Origin: Candidatus Omnitrophota bacterium
GTDB taxonomy: Bacteria > Omnitrophota > Gorgyraeia > Zapsychrales > JBDRMG01
DNA: 64,000 nucleotides
Direction: 5' to 3'
Assembly (NCBI GenBank): GCA_043812495.1
Contig: JBDRMG010000002.1
Span: forward strand, 4,890-68,889
The notes beneath the pieces are model-generated. The model was not told where the DNA came from. It worked only from the letters and a program-made list of their open reading frames with translations, and ran no database searches. Positions 29,182 through 38,487 of this stretch are shown piece by piece (positions within the stretch are counted from its first letter, which is position 1; each line of letters begins with the position of its first letter). The position numbers were made by a program, and so were the translations under genes.

Positions 29182-29871
29182 ATGAGAAAAATAATCTTAG
29201 GCCTAGGGATTCTCTTCTTGGCCTGCCCCTTTGTTTTTGGTGATACGGTTTATTTGAAGAACGGAAGAAAACTTGAGGGAACAATCACTCAAAAAACAGA
29301 AACCGCTGTGAAAATCAATGTCCGCGGAATCGACCTGACCTATTATCAAGATGAAATCGAGAGAATAGAGCAAAGCGCGGCTTCCGCACCGATCGAACCA
29401 AAACCTTTCACGTCTTATCCTTCAGGCTTAAAGGATTCTCGTCCGCAAGATTTTGGATCCCCTCAGCCCCTTGTTCCCTTAGAGAGCAAGGGCCTTCAAC
29501 CGTTTTCTTCCGGCGACCAGGCCGAATCTCAGGTGAGAAAAAAAGGATTGGTCCTGGAACTCATTGAAGCCAGCGGAACACGGGACGGCCTCAATAGCAT
29601 GCTCTCTGAAATCATGGCTCAGGCTAATGAAGAAGAGAAAGCGATGCTGCGGCAAGTCATCGATATTAACGAAATTCTTTTGGCGGTGGTGCCGGTCTAC
29701 GAAAAATACTTTTCACAGGACGAATTGGAAACCATTGTCCAGTTTTATAAAAGCTCGGCGGGAAAAAAGTTTATGCAGTTCGCTCCTCAGATTATGGAAG
29801 AGAGCGCCAATAAGGTCACAGAGCACATTCAGAACAAAGTCGGTGCTTTAATCCCCGAAACGACGCCCTAA
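29182..29871 (+). CDS. Secreted DUF2059-domain protein
   Basis: Signal peptide; C-terminal region (MLSEIMAQANEEEKAMLRQVIDINEIL...YEKYFSQDELETIVQFYKSSAGKKF) resembles DUF2059. Confidence 0.5.
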   Translation: MRKIILGLGILFLACPFVFGDTVYLKNGRKLEGTITQKTETAVKINVRGIDLTYYQDEIERIEQSAASAPIEPKPFTSYPSGLKDSRPQDFGSPQPLVPLESKGLQPFSSGDQAESQVRKKGLVLELIEASGTRDGLNSMLSEIMAQANEEEKAMLRQVIDINEILLAVVPVYEKYFSQDELETIVQFYKSSAGKKFMQFAPQIMEESANKVTEHIQNKVGALIPETTP

Positions 29872-29890
29872 GCGGAATCAAATTACCATC

Positions 29891-31084
29891 ATGGATTCTT
29901 CTCTGCGAACAAAAAAAATTGTCTTAGCCGAAGGCGAGAATATTATCGCCGAAATTCTTCCTCAATTCTTAAAACCAATGGGATATGAGGTGATGATCTC
30001 TCGTGATGGAGCCAGCGCTCTGGAGATGATCAAGAAAGAACTCCCCGATCTTATTATCGCCGACAGCGATCTTGACAAAATTGACGGGTTCACTCTTTGT
30101 AAAATTCTCAAAAGCATTTTTATCACAGCCTATATTCCCATTATTCTCTTGATTGATAAGAAAAAAATCCGAAAGAAAGTCTTGGAAATTCAGGAAGGGA
30201 TTGATGACTACATTTTTAAGCCGCCGGATCCCATTGATTTGCAAGTGAGGCTGGAAATGGCCCTCAGGCGCTCGGATCATCAAATCCATGCCAATTCATT
30301 GACGCGTTTACCCGGCAACAAAGCCATTGAAATAACCATCCGCGCGCGTCTTCAAAATGAAAGACCTTTTTCTTTTATGTATCTGGACATCAATAATTTC
30401 AAATCGTTTAATGACACATACGGATATGTTCGCGGAGACGGAGTGATTATGCAAGTCAGCCGCATCATGATGCGTTGCGTGTCGAAGCTCGGAAACCCGA
30501 ATGATTTTGTCGGACATATCGGCGGAGATGATTTTGTGGTCGTGACAACACCCCCCAACGAACGAAAGATTGCGGCAGCGATCATCGCGGAGTTTGATCG
30601 GCTGATTCCTCTTCATTATAACGAAGAGGATCGGATGATGGGATACCTCGCGGTGAAGGACAGGCAAAATCGTGAAATCAAAGCGCCTCTGATGGGGATT
30701 TCCATTACCATTGTGAACAACACGTTCCGTAAAATCCACAATATGATTGAGCTAACCGAAATGGCTTCAGAAATTAAGTCATATATCAAAACATTCGGAG
30801 GCAGCGGATACCTCATCAACCGCCGCAGCACAATTGATCAGAATAAATTACAGAGACCAAAAACAGATCTCCGAAGAATTCTGGAATCCTCCCTCTATAA
30901 TAGGGAAGCCGGCCATGCCTTACCTATAGGCCAACGGCTTCTTCAGGCTAATCTCATCAACAGAGAGCAGCTTGACGAAGCCCTTGTCGAACATTGGTCA
31001 AGTCGCAAATTGCTTGGCCAAACGCTCATCAAGATGGGTGTAATTACTAATAGTGATTTAGAGCCGTTTTTCTCAAAATTCTAA
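29891..31084 (+). CDS. Response regulator: REC plus GGDEF-like (GGDDF variant) plus C-terminal GspE/T2SSE-N-like domain
   Basis: LIIADSDLDKIDGF receiver; YLDINNFKSFNDTYGYVRGDGV...IGGDDFVVV; C-terminal LLQANLINREQLDEALVEHWSSRKLLGQTLIKMGVITNSDLE. Confidence 0.7.
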   Translation: MDSSLRTKKIVLAEGENIIAEILPQFLKPMGYEVMISRDGASALEMIKKELPDLIIADSDLDKIDGFTLCKILKSIFITAYIPIILLIDKKKIRKKVLEIQEGIDDYIFKPPDPIDLQVRLEMALRRSDHQIHANSLTRLPGNKAIEITIRARLQNERPFSFMYLDINNFKSFNDTYGYVRGDGVIMQVSRIMMRCVSKLGNPNDFVGHIGGDDFVVVTTPPNERKIAAAIIAEFDRLIPLHYNEEDRMMGYLAVKDRQNREIKAPLMGISITIVNNTFRKIHNMIELTEMASEIKSYIKTFGGSGYLINRRSTIDQNKLQRPKTDLRRILESSLYNREAGHALPIGQRLLQANLINREQLDEALVEHWSSRKLLGQTLIKMGVITNSDLEPFFSKF

Positions 31085-31192
31085 GAAAACTAAACCTCAC
31101 TTCCGATCTCTCCAATAAATACACAACACGAAGCAGGACAATAAGTTACCGCCCAATAAAAAGGTTATTTCTCGTTTATTTTTTCTTTTTGT

Positions 31193-31221
31193 TTGACCTT
31201 GATATCATTTTTTGATATATT
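31193..31221 (+). promoter_or_regulatory. Candidate sigma70 promoter for pur operon (TTGACC-17-TATATT)
   Basis: Hexamers with 17-nt spacer about 50 nt upstream of purB ATG. Confidence 0.35.
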
Positions 31222-31269
31222 AGGCGCGTTCAAATTGAGCCAACTTTTGCAAACAAAGGAGTTAAAAAC

Positions 31270-32562
31270 ATGATTGAACGCTACACCCTATCGAAAATGG
31301 GCAATGTGTGGTCGGAAAAGCACAAAATGGATATCATGCTCAAGATCGAAATCCTGGCCTGCGAAGCCATGAGCAAATTGGGCTTGATCCCCAAAGCGGC
31401 TCTTGAAAAAATCAGGAAAAAAGCCAAATTTGATGTCGATGAGGTGAAGCGAATAGAAGAGAAAACAAAGCATGATGTGGTTGCCTTAATTGTCAACATC
31501 GGAGAAAGCATAGGACCTGAAGCGCGCTATCTTCACATGGGGCTCACGTCTTCGGATATTCTGGATACGGCTCTTTCGATCCAGTGCGTTGATGCAAGCA
31601 ACATTTTGATTTCTGATATAAAGAAACTGCTCAACGCCCTTAAGGTGATGGCCAAGAAATATAAGGATACCATTTGCGTAGCGAGGACGCATGGCGTTCA
31701 CGCCGAGCCTACGTCTTTTGGATTGAAGGTAGCCGTCTGGTATGATGAAAACCGCCGGAATCTGGAACGCCTGGAACAAGCCAAGGAAATGATGCGTGTT
31801 GGCAAGCTTTCCGGAGCTGTGGGAACATATGCCAATGTCGATCCTTTTGTGGAAGAATATGTGTGTGAAAAGCTAGGTCTTAAGCCGGCAAATGTAGCCA
31901 CCCAAATTATCCAAAGAGATCACCATTGCCAATTCATGACGACACTGGCTATCGTCGGGTCAACCTTAAACAAAATCGCGACCGAGATCAGGTTGCTTCA
32001 GAAAACGGAAGTGTTGGAAGTCGAAGAACCATTCTTTAAAGGACAAATAGGCTCTTCGGCCATGCCGCATAAAAGGAACCCCGTGACCTGCGAGCGGGTC
32101 TCCGGTTTGTCGCGTATCTTGCGTGCCAATGCCCAAGCGGCCTTTGAAAACATCAATCTCTGGCATGAACGCGATATTAGCCACTCTTCGGTAGAACGCA
32201 TTATTATTCCGGACAGCACGCTCGTTTTGAACTATATGTTCAGCAAGATTATTCCGATTCTCGAAGGGCTTTTGGTTTATCCCAAGAATATGATTACGTC
32301 GTTAACAAAAACCCGCGGCCTGGTCCACTCCCAAAGAATCCTTCTTGAGTTAATGAAAAAGGGGCTCACACGTGATGATGCTTATGCTATTATTCAGCGT
32401 TGCGCCATGCAGGTTTGGCAGGAGACATCTGATTTTAAAGATGTCCTCAACCGTGATCGCAAATTAAGAAAATATCTCACAACGGCCGACTTGGATAAAT
32501 TGTTTGACGTCAAATACTATATACGCCACAGGGACAAAATCTATAAAAAGGTAGGTTTATGA
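31270..32562 (+). CDS. purB: Adenylosuccinate lyase
   Basis: MIERYTL..., HAEPTSFGLK, fumarate lyase signature GSSAMPHKRNP. Confidence 0.95.
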   Translation: MIERYTLSKMGNVWSEKHKMDIMLKIEILACEAMSKLGLIPKAALEKIRKKAKFDVDEVKRIEEKTKHDVVALIVNIGESIGPEARYLHMGLTSSDILDTALSIQCVDASNILISDIKKLLNALKVMAKKYKDTICVARTHGVHAEPTSFGLKVAVWYDENRRNLERLEQAKEMMRVGKLSGAVGTYANVDPFVEEYVCEKLGLKPANVATQIIQRDHHCQFMTTLAIVGSTLNKIATEIRLLQKTEVLEVEEPFFKGQIGSSAMPHKRNPVTCERVSGLSRILRANAQAAFENINLWHERDISHSSVERIIIPDSTLVLNYMFSKIIPILEGLLVYPKNMITSLTKTRGLVHSQRILLELMKKGLTRDDAYAIIQRCAMQVWQETSDFKDVLNRDRKLRKYLTTADLDKLFDVKYYIRHRDKIYKKVGL

Positions 32563-33266
32563 TGGAAAGAAAACAGTCTATTTACGAAGGCAAGGCCAAG
32601 ATTCTTTATGAAACAGATTCTCCCGATTATTTAATTCAGTATTTTAAGGATGACGCGACCGCGTTTAACGCAAAGAAAAAAGGAACCATCAAAGAAAAAG
32701 GAATTATCAACAATAAAATTTCTTCCAAAATATTCGAATACCTCGAGCAGCATGGAATTCCGACTCACTTTGAGAAGATGCTCAGCGATCGGGAAATGCT
32801 CGTTAAGCGCGTGACCATTGTTCCCGTTGAGGTAATTATTCGGAACATTGCCGCGGGTTCTCTATGCAAAATGTTGAATCTTGAAGAAGGAAAAAAATTA
32901 GCATGTCCGACGTTAGAATATTGCTACAAGGAAGATTCGCTCAACGATCCTTTGATCAATGAATACCACATTCTGGCTCTTGAGCTGGCCACAGCGGATG
33001 AAATCGAGACCATCAAGAATTATGCTTTTAAGATCAACACACTCATGCAGAAATTTTTCTCAGCCGTCAATGTGGATTTGGTGGATTTTAAGCTTGAATT
33101 CGGCAGAAACAAAGGCCGGATTATTCTGGCGGACGAGATTTCTCCTGACACCTGCCGTCTGTGGGAAAAGGGGACCGGCCGCAGGTTGGACAAAGACCGA
33201 TTCCGCAGAGATCTCGGTAATATCGAGGAAGCCTATCAGGAAATGTTAAGCAAAGTAACGCAGTAA
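32559..33266 (+). CDS. purC: Phosphoribosylaminoimidazole-succinocarboxamide synthase
   Basis: LYEGKAKILYETD N-terminus, SAICAR synthetase length 235 aa. Confidence 0.95.
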   Translation: MMERKQSIYEGKAKILYETDSPDYLIQYFKDDATAFNAKKKGTIKEKGIINNKISSKIFEYLEQHGIPTHFEKMLSDREMLVKRVTIVPVEVIIRNIAAGSLCKMLNLEEGKKLACPTLEYCYKEDSLNDPLINEYHILALELATADEIETIKNYAFKINTLMQKFFSAVNVDLVDFKLEFGRNKGRIILADEISPDTCRLWEKGTGRRLDKDRFRRDLGNIEEAYQEMLSKVTQ

Positions 33267-33407
33267 TCGTTTCCTTTGGATTTATTCTCCTTCGCCTTTC
33301 AAATGGAGCATAATGGTAAAGGCTTCGGAGAATCATTCAAAGTAGGATATTCTACGAAGTTCTCCTTCGCTAAAGTTCGACTTCGCTCTTCGAGCTTCGT
33401 CGAAATT

Positions 33408-33690
33408 TCGCCGAAGCATGAAATGCGAAGGCGGACTTCGGAGGAATCCTTCGGAGTCCGCCAATGAAACAATGGCGGACGAAGAAGGACATATGCTATC
33501 GTTTCCATTGGTTATGCGAAGTAGAATGACTCTTCGACACAAGCATTCTTCCACCGCGGCCTCTCGTTTCAATGAGGCCCGCACTTATGAAACGATAGTG
33601 AACATAAGTGCGAGGCCGAATTGACCCCCACACCAATTATGAAATAATTGGTGTGGGGGATAAAATAAATACAATTATAATATTTCCTTT
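33408..33690 (-). repeat. REP/BIME-like composite element copy D plus extra CGAAG/CTTCG palindromes
   Basis: TCCGCCAATGAAACAATGGCGGA, CATAAGTGCG, CGAATTGACCCCC core, CACACCAATT..AATTGGTGTGGGGG hairpin, rc head GGAAATATTATAATTGTATTTAT. Confidence 0.8.
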
Positions 33691-33735
33691 TAAAGAGAGG
33701 CCCGCATAATTTCAACACAGGTTTAGAACAACGCG

Positions 33736-36630
33736 ATGATTTGGCGAGTCGAAATAAAAGATAAAGAAGGTGTTTTTGATGCCGCAGGCGAAAGCACAAA
33801 AAAAGCTATCTTTGATCTCGGTATCCGCTCAATATCTCATGTGCGCGTCATCTCCGTTTTCTTGATTGAAGGCAACTTAAGCCGCGCACAGATTCAAACG
33901 ATCTGCGAAGAGCTCCTGGTGGATAAAATCATCCAGGAGTATTCTTTTTGCCCCAATCAAGAAACCGCTATTCCCTCCGCTCGTACTCCCTTTATTGTCG
34001 AAATCGCTTATCATCCCGGCGTCATGGATCCCGTGGAGGCCTCAACGCTCAAAGGTATCCGTGACCTTGACATTGAAGGCGTCCAAGCGGTTCATACGGC
34101 CAGAAAATATATTCTTGATGGCGATCTTGCGGAAGATGACCTTGATGTGATTGTCAACAAGGTTCTTTCCAATAAATTGATCCAGCATGTGGTGCGCACA
34201 CCTTTGAAGGAAACAAAGAAGATTTCTCAAGAAAAACATATTGATGTTTTTACGGTTGATCTGCTCAAAGCCAATAACAAAAAGTTATTGCGCATCAGTA
34301 AGGAAGGGCAGCTTTTTCTTAATCTCAAAGAAATGAAGGCCATCCAGGCTTATTTCAAGAAACTTAAGCGAAATCCCACCGATTGCGAGCTCGAGACCAT
34401 TGCGCAGACTTGGAGCGAACATTGTTACCATAAGACCTTTCGCGGCGACATCCGTTATACAAGCGAGGAGAACGGAAAGAAGAAGACCCAATTGATCCGC
34501 AGCTTATTGAAAAGCACCATCATGAAGGCCACCAAGGAAATAGGAAAGTCCTGGTGCGTTTCTGTTTTTCATGACAATGCCGGCGTGATTAAATTTGACG
34601 CAGACATGCATGTCTGCTTTAAAGTGGAAACCCATAATCATCCTTCGGCTCTAGAGCCTTTTGGCGGGGCCAATACCGGTATCGGCGGGGTCATTCGCGA
34701 TGTTCTGGGCACCGGGCTCGGCGGAAAGCCCATTTGTAACACCGATGTTTTTTGTTTTGCGCCGCCGGATTATCCATTCGACCGTTTGCCCGAAGGGACG
34801 CTGCATCCCAAAAGGATTATGAAAGGCGTGGTCAGCGGCGTGCGTGATTACGGAAATAAAATGGGCATTCCCACGGTCAACGGAGCCATTATCTTTGATG
34901 AACGATTTGTAGGAAATCCTTTGGTGTATTGCGGGACCGTAGGTTTGATTCCCAAGGATTGTGTTAAGAAAAAAGCCCTCAAAGGAGATTTGATTGTCGC
35001 GGTGGGCGGGCGCACCGGCCGGGACGGTATTCACGGAGCGACATTCTCTTCGGGAGAATTGACGCATGAATCCGAGCATATTTCATCCGGCGCGGTTCAA
35101 ATCGGTGATCCCATTCAGGAGAAAAAGGTGCTGGATGTTTTGATGCAGGCCAGGGATCGGCATCTCTATAGTGCGATCACGGATTGCGGGGCCGGCGGTT
35201 TCTCAAGCGCAGCCGGTGAAATGGGCCAAGAATTGGGCTGCAAGATTGATTTAGACAAGGCGCCTTTGAAGTATGAGGGACTAAGCTATACGGAGATTTG
35301 GATTTCTGAATCTCAAGAAAGAATGGTGCTTGCCGTCCCCAAGAAAAATATTAAGGCCTTGCTGAAGATTTTTGCGGATGAAAATGTCGAAGCCACCGTG
35401 ATTGGAGAATTTACCGGGACAAAACGATTAGAACTATTTTTTCATGGCCGAAAGGTCGCTAGCCTTGATATGAATTTCTTGCATCAGGGGCCGCCGCGAG
35501 GAACTCAAGAGGCCCTCTGGGCAAAACCCAAAAGCAAAGAACCAAAAATTTCCTGTCCGGATAACCTGACGAACAAATTATACGAAATCCTTTCCCATTA
35601 TAATGTATGCTCCAAAGAATGGGTGATCCGCCAATATGATCATGAGGTGCAAGGGACAAGCGTCATTAAATCTTTGGTCGGCCCGGCGGGTATAGGGCCT
35701 TGCGACGCGAGCGTGATTCGTCCCAAGCTGAATTCTTCCAAGGCCATTGCCATTTCTAACGGAATCAATATCCGTTTTGGCATGATTGATCCGTTCTGGA
35801 TGGCTGCCTCGTGCATTGATGAAGCGATTCGGCAGATTGTGGCTGTGGGCGGAAACCCTGAGCGCATCGCGATTTTGGATAATTTCTGCTGGGGCAACCC
35901 GGACAAAAAAGACCGTCTGGGATCAATGGTCCGAGCGGCTTTGGGCTGTTATCAAACCGCCCTCGGTTACCAAGTTCCTTTTATATCAGGCAAAGATAGT
36001 TTGAATAATGAGTACGCGGATAAGGGAAAGCTGATTTCTATTCCCGGCACTCTTTTGATTTCCGCGATCGGCATTGTGGACGATGTCTCTAAAACCTTGA
36101 CCATGGATTTCAAGAAAGACGGGAACCTTATTTATCTCATCGGTGCGACCTCGGATGAGCTCGGGGGCTCCATTTATTATGATACCTATCGCGCACTTGG
36201 GAAAAACGTTCCTTTAGTGAATACAAAAAAAGGTCAAAAGTTATTTAAAGCGATGCATCGGGCAAGTCAAAAAGGATTACTTCAATCGGCGCACGATTGT
36301 TCCGAAGGCGGGCTTGGGGTGGCCCTTGCGGAGATGTGTTTCGCGGGACAGCTTGGCGCATCCGTCTTTCTCAAAGATGTTCGTTGTCAAGGCGGGCTCA
36401 AGAGAAATGATGCCATTCTTTTCAGCGAATCTAATACGCGGTTTGTGGTTGAGGTTGCGGCTAAAGACCGAAAGGCCTTTGAGCGCATTTTTGACACAAT
36501 ACCTTGCGGTTTAATCGGATGCGTTAGCTCAAAAAAGGTATTTACTGTTTACGGTTTAGATGGTAATGTTTGTGTTGTGAGCAATATTGATTCTCTAAAG
36601 AATGCGTGGCAAAAGACACTGGATTGGTAA
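33736..36630 (+). CDS. purL: FGAM synthase II PurL with two N-terminal PurS-like domains
   Basis: Residues 1-75 and ~85-155 PurS-like (GVFDAAGES.., HPGVMDPVEAS..); remainder canonical PurL (AIR synthase-related ATP-grasp-like repeats, GGAN, DxGAGG). Confidence 0.9.
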   Translation: MIWRVEIKDKEGVFDAAGESTKKAIFDLGIRSISHVRVISVFLIEGNLSRAQIQTICEELLVDKIIQEYSFCPNQETAIPSARTPFIVEIAYHPGVMDPVEASTLKGIRDLDIEGVQAVHTARKYILDGDLAEDDLDVIVNKVLSNKLIQHVVRTPLKETKKISQEKHIDVFTVDLLKANNKKLLRISKEGQLFLNLKEMKAIQAYFKKLKRNPTDCELETIAQTWSEHCYHKTFRGDIRYTSEENGKKKTQLIRSLLKSTIMKATKEIGKSWCVSVFHDNAGVIKFDADMHVCFKVETHNHPSALEPFGGANTGIGGVIRDVLGTGLGGKPICNTDVFCFAPPDYPFDRLPEGTLHPKRIMKGVVSGVRDYGNKMGIPTVNGAIIFDERFVGNPLVYCGTVGLIPKDCVKKKALKGDLIVAVGGRTGRDGIHGATFSSGELTHESEHISSGAVQIGDPIQEKKVLDVLMQARDRHLYSAITDCGAGGFSSAAGEMGQELGCKIDLDKAPLKYEGLSYTEIWISESQERMVLAVPKKNIKALLKIFADENVEATVIGEFTGTKRLELFFHGRKVASLDMNFLHQGPPRGTQEALWAKPKSKEPKISCPDNLTNKLYEILSHYNVCSKEWVIRQYDHEVQGTSVIKSLVGPAGIGPCDASVIRPKLNSSKAIAISNGINIRFGMIDPFWMAASCIDEAIRQIVAVGGNPERIAILDNFCWGNPDKKDRLGSMVRAALGCYQTALGYQVPFISGKDSLNNEYADKGKLISIPGTLLISAIGIVDDVSKTLTMDFKKDGNLIYLIGATSDELGGSIYYDTYRALGKNVPLVNTKKGQKLFKAMHRASQKGLLQSAHDCSEGGLGVALAEMCFAGQLGASVFLKDVRCQGGLKRNDAILFSESNTRFVVEVAAKDRKAFERIFDTIPCGLIGCVSSKKVFTVYGLDGNVCVVSNIDSLKNAWQKTLDW

Positions 36631-36658
36631 GCCATAGTCAAACAGGAAAGGTAAGAGA

Positions 36659-37339
36659 ATGAAAAATCGAAGAAGCGTTAAGGATGATTACAATCTCGAA
36701 GATCCCTGGCGGATATTTCGCATTATGGCCGAATTTGTGGATGGGTTTGATACGCTTTCTCAAATCGGTCCGGCGGTCACCATCTTTGGATCTGCAAGAC
36801 TCAAAAAAAATCACAAATATTATCAAGTCGCTGTTCGCACGGCTTATCTTCTGGCGAAAGAAGGGTATGCTGTGATCACGGGCGGCGGTCCCGGCATTAT
36901 GGAAGCAGGCAACAAAGGCGCTTCGATGGCCAAGGGCCAATCGATAGGGTTGAATATCGATTTACCTTTTGAGCAAATTCCCAACAAGTACATCAATCTG
37001 ATGATGCATTTTCATTATTTTTTCTGCCGGAAGGTGATGTTTGTTAAATACGCCAAGGCCTTCGTTATTTTTCCCGGCGGATACGGGACCTTGGATGAAT
37101 TCTTTGAAAGCATCACGCTTATCCAAACCAAACGCATGGAGCGTTTTCCCGTTATTCTTGTAGGAAAGAAGTATTGGGTCGATTTAGCGGATTGGCTGAA
37201 ACGTTTTGTGTTAAAAGAGAACTGTATCAGCGCAAGCGATTTCGATATTTTCAAGATTGTCGATAAGCCCGAAGAAGTCGTGAAGGTCATTAAGGATTTT
37301 TATAAGCACGGCAAAAACAATCATGCCAAAAAAAGTTAA
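36659..37339 (+). CDS. LOG-family protein (TIGR00730, cytokinin riboside 5'-monophosphate phosphoribohydrolase-like)
   Basis: TIFGSAR, GGGPGIMEAGNKGA, PGGYGTLDE motifs. Confidence 0.85.
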   Translation: MKNRRSVKDDYNLEDPWRIFRIMAEFVDGFDTLSQIGPAVTIFGSARLKKNHKYYQVAVRTAYLLAKEGYAVITGGGPGIMEAGNKGASMAKGQSIGLNIDLPFEQIPNKYINLMMHFHYFFCRKVMFVKYAKAFVIFPGGYGTLDEFFESITLIQTKRMERFPVILVGKKYWVDLADWLKRFVLKENCISASDFDIFKIVDKPEEVVKVIKDFYKHGKNNHAKKS

Positions 37340-38135
37340 AGTTGTCGTCTTAAGAACGGCCGGAACCAATTGCGATCAGGAAACGGTTTTTGCTTTCCAA
37401 AGCGTTGGGGCCGATGTTGATTTGGTCCATATCAACAAATTTTTCAAAGGCGAGAAGAGACTTAAGGATTATCAAATTCTGGCTTTGCCGGGTGGGTTTA
37501 CCTATGGGGATGATATCGCGGCCGGACGGATTTTGGCCAATGAATTGCGCCTGAAACTCGGCGATGACCTGCGCGCCTTTATTCAAGAAGGCAAATTAAT
37601 CATCGGTATTTGCAACGGTTTTCAGGTGATGGTCAAGGCCGGCCTTTTGCCGGGTACGATGAATGGCCAAAGAAATTCTGGCCGGGATTTTGCTCAGAGG
37701 GCAACACTCATGATCAATGATTCAGGGAAGTTCGAAGATCGATGGGTGCATTTGAAACCCGCCGGTCATTGCGTCTGGACCGAAGGCATGGAAGAACCTG
37801 TTTCTTTTCCCGTGGCTCACGGGGAGGGAAAGTTTGTTTGCCAAGATGCAAAGACTCTTAAAAGCCTCAAAGACGACGGTCAGGTTATTTTCCGTTATTG
37901 TGACCCGTTGGGTGGTGATCCCGTTTATCCGGAGAATCCTAACGGGAGCGTTGATCATATTGCCGGCATCACTGATTCAACCGGGCGCGTCTTTGGCCTG
38001 ATGCCGCATCCGGAACGGCATTTTCTCTCGACGCAGCATCCGGCCTGGACGCGTTTAAAAAAGAAGACACGATTTGGGGATGGCGCGCGCATTTTTCATA
38101 ACGGTGTGGATTACGTTAAGAAAAATTTATTATAG
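37323..38135 (+). CDS. purQ: FGAM synthase I, glutamine amidotransferase subunit
   Basis: KVVVLRTAGTNCDQE, GICNGFQ catalytic Cys, HPER. Confidence 0.9.
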   Translation: MPKKVKVVVLRTAGTNCDQETVFAFQSVGADVDLVHINKFFKGEKRLKDYQILALPGGFTYGDDIAAGRILANELRLKLGDDLRAFIQEGKLIIGICNGFQVMVKAGLLPGTMNGQRNSGRDFAQRATLMINDSGKFEDRWVHLKPAGHCVWTEGMEEPVSFPVAHGEGKFVCQDAKTLKSLKDDGQVIFRYCDPLGGDPVYPENPNGSVDHIAGITDSTGRVFGLMPHPERHFLSTQHPAWTRLKKKTRFGDGARIFHNGVDYVKKNLL

Positions 38136-38154
38136 TTTATGTTGGAAAAATCTT

Positions 38155-38206
38155 GAACGCAGATCAACGCAGATCAACGCAGATCCAACGCAGATTTACG
38201 CAGATT
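38155..38206. repeat. Tandem repeat, five units of ~10 bp (AACGCAGATC)
   Basis: aacgcagatc aacgcagatc aacgcagatcc aacgcagattt acgcagattc. Confidence 0.9.
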
Positions 38207-38487
38207 CTTTTTTCGATTCAATTTGCGACCATTCGCGTTTGATCTGTCCCTCGCTTCTTGTGGTTCGACTCTCGCTCACCATCCTGAGCGAAAGTCGAAG
38301 GACTCGGGACTCCGAGCGAAAAGCGAGGAGGAAAATCCGCGTTTAAAGACATTTTTTCATTATTGGTCTTTTCCTTATTAATGGAACAGTCAATAATATT
38401 CTCTCTATACGAGAAAGAAGACCTAATATTGACTTCCACCGTTCCTTTAATAAAGAGAAAGTCAATAAGAACTACTATAAATTATCC

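Noticed and set aside
28784-29185. 133-aa + strand ORF upstream of the DUF2059 gene
   Set aside because: It overlaps the 5' end of the minus-strand polyprenyl synthase and spans the divergent promoter region. No SD, low-complexity translation.
33267-33735. Purine or ZTP riboswitch upstream of purL, and equally upstream of purB or purE
   Set aside because: I could not find the conserved purine-aptamer junction sequences or the ZTP pfl pseudoknot motifs by eye. The region is instead explained by REP-like hairpins. A covariance-model scan would be needed to exclude a riboswitch definitively.
38155-38206. Possible CRISPR array (short direct repeats)
   Set aside because: Units are about 10 bp, contiguous with no spacers, and no cas genes are nearby. 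It is a simple tandem repeat.
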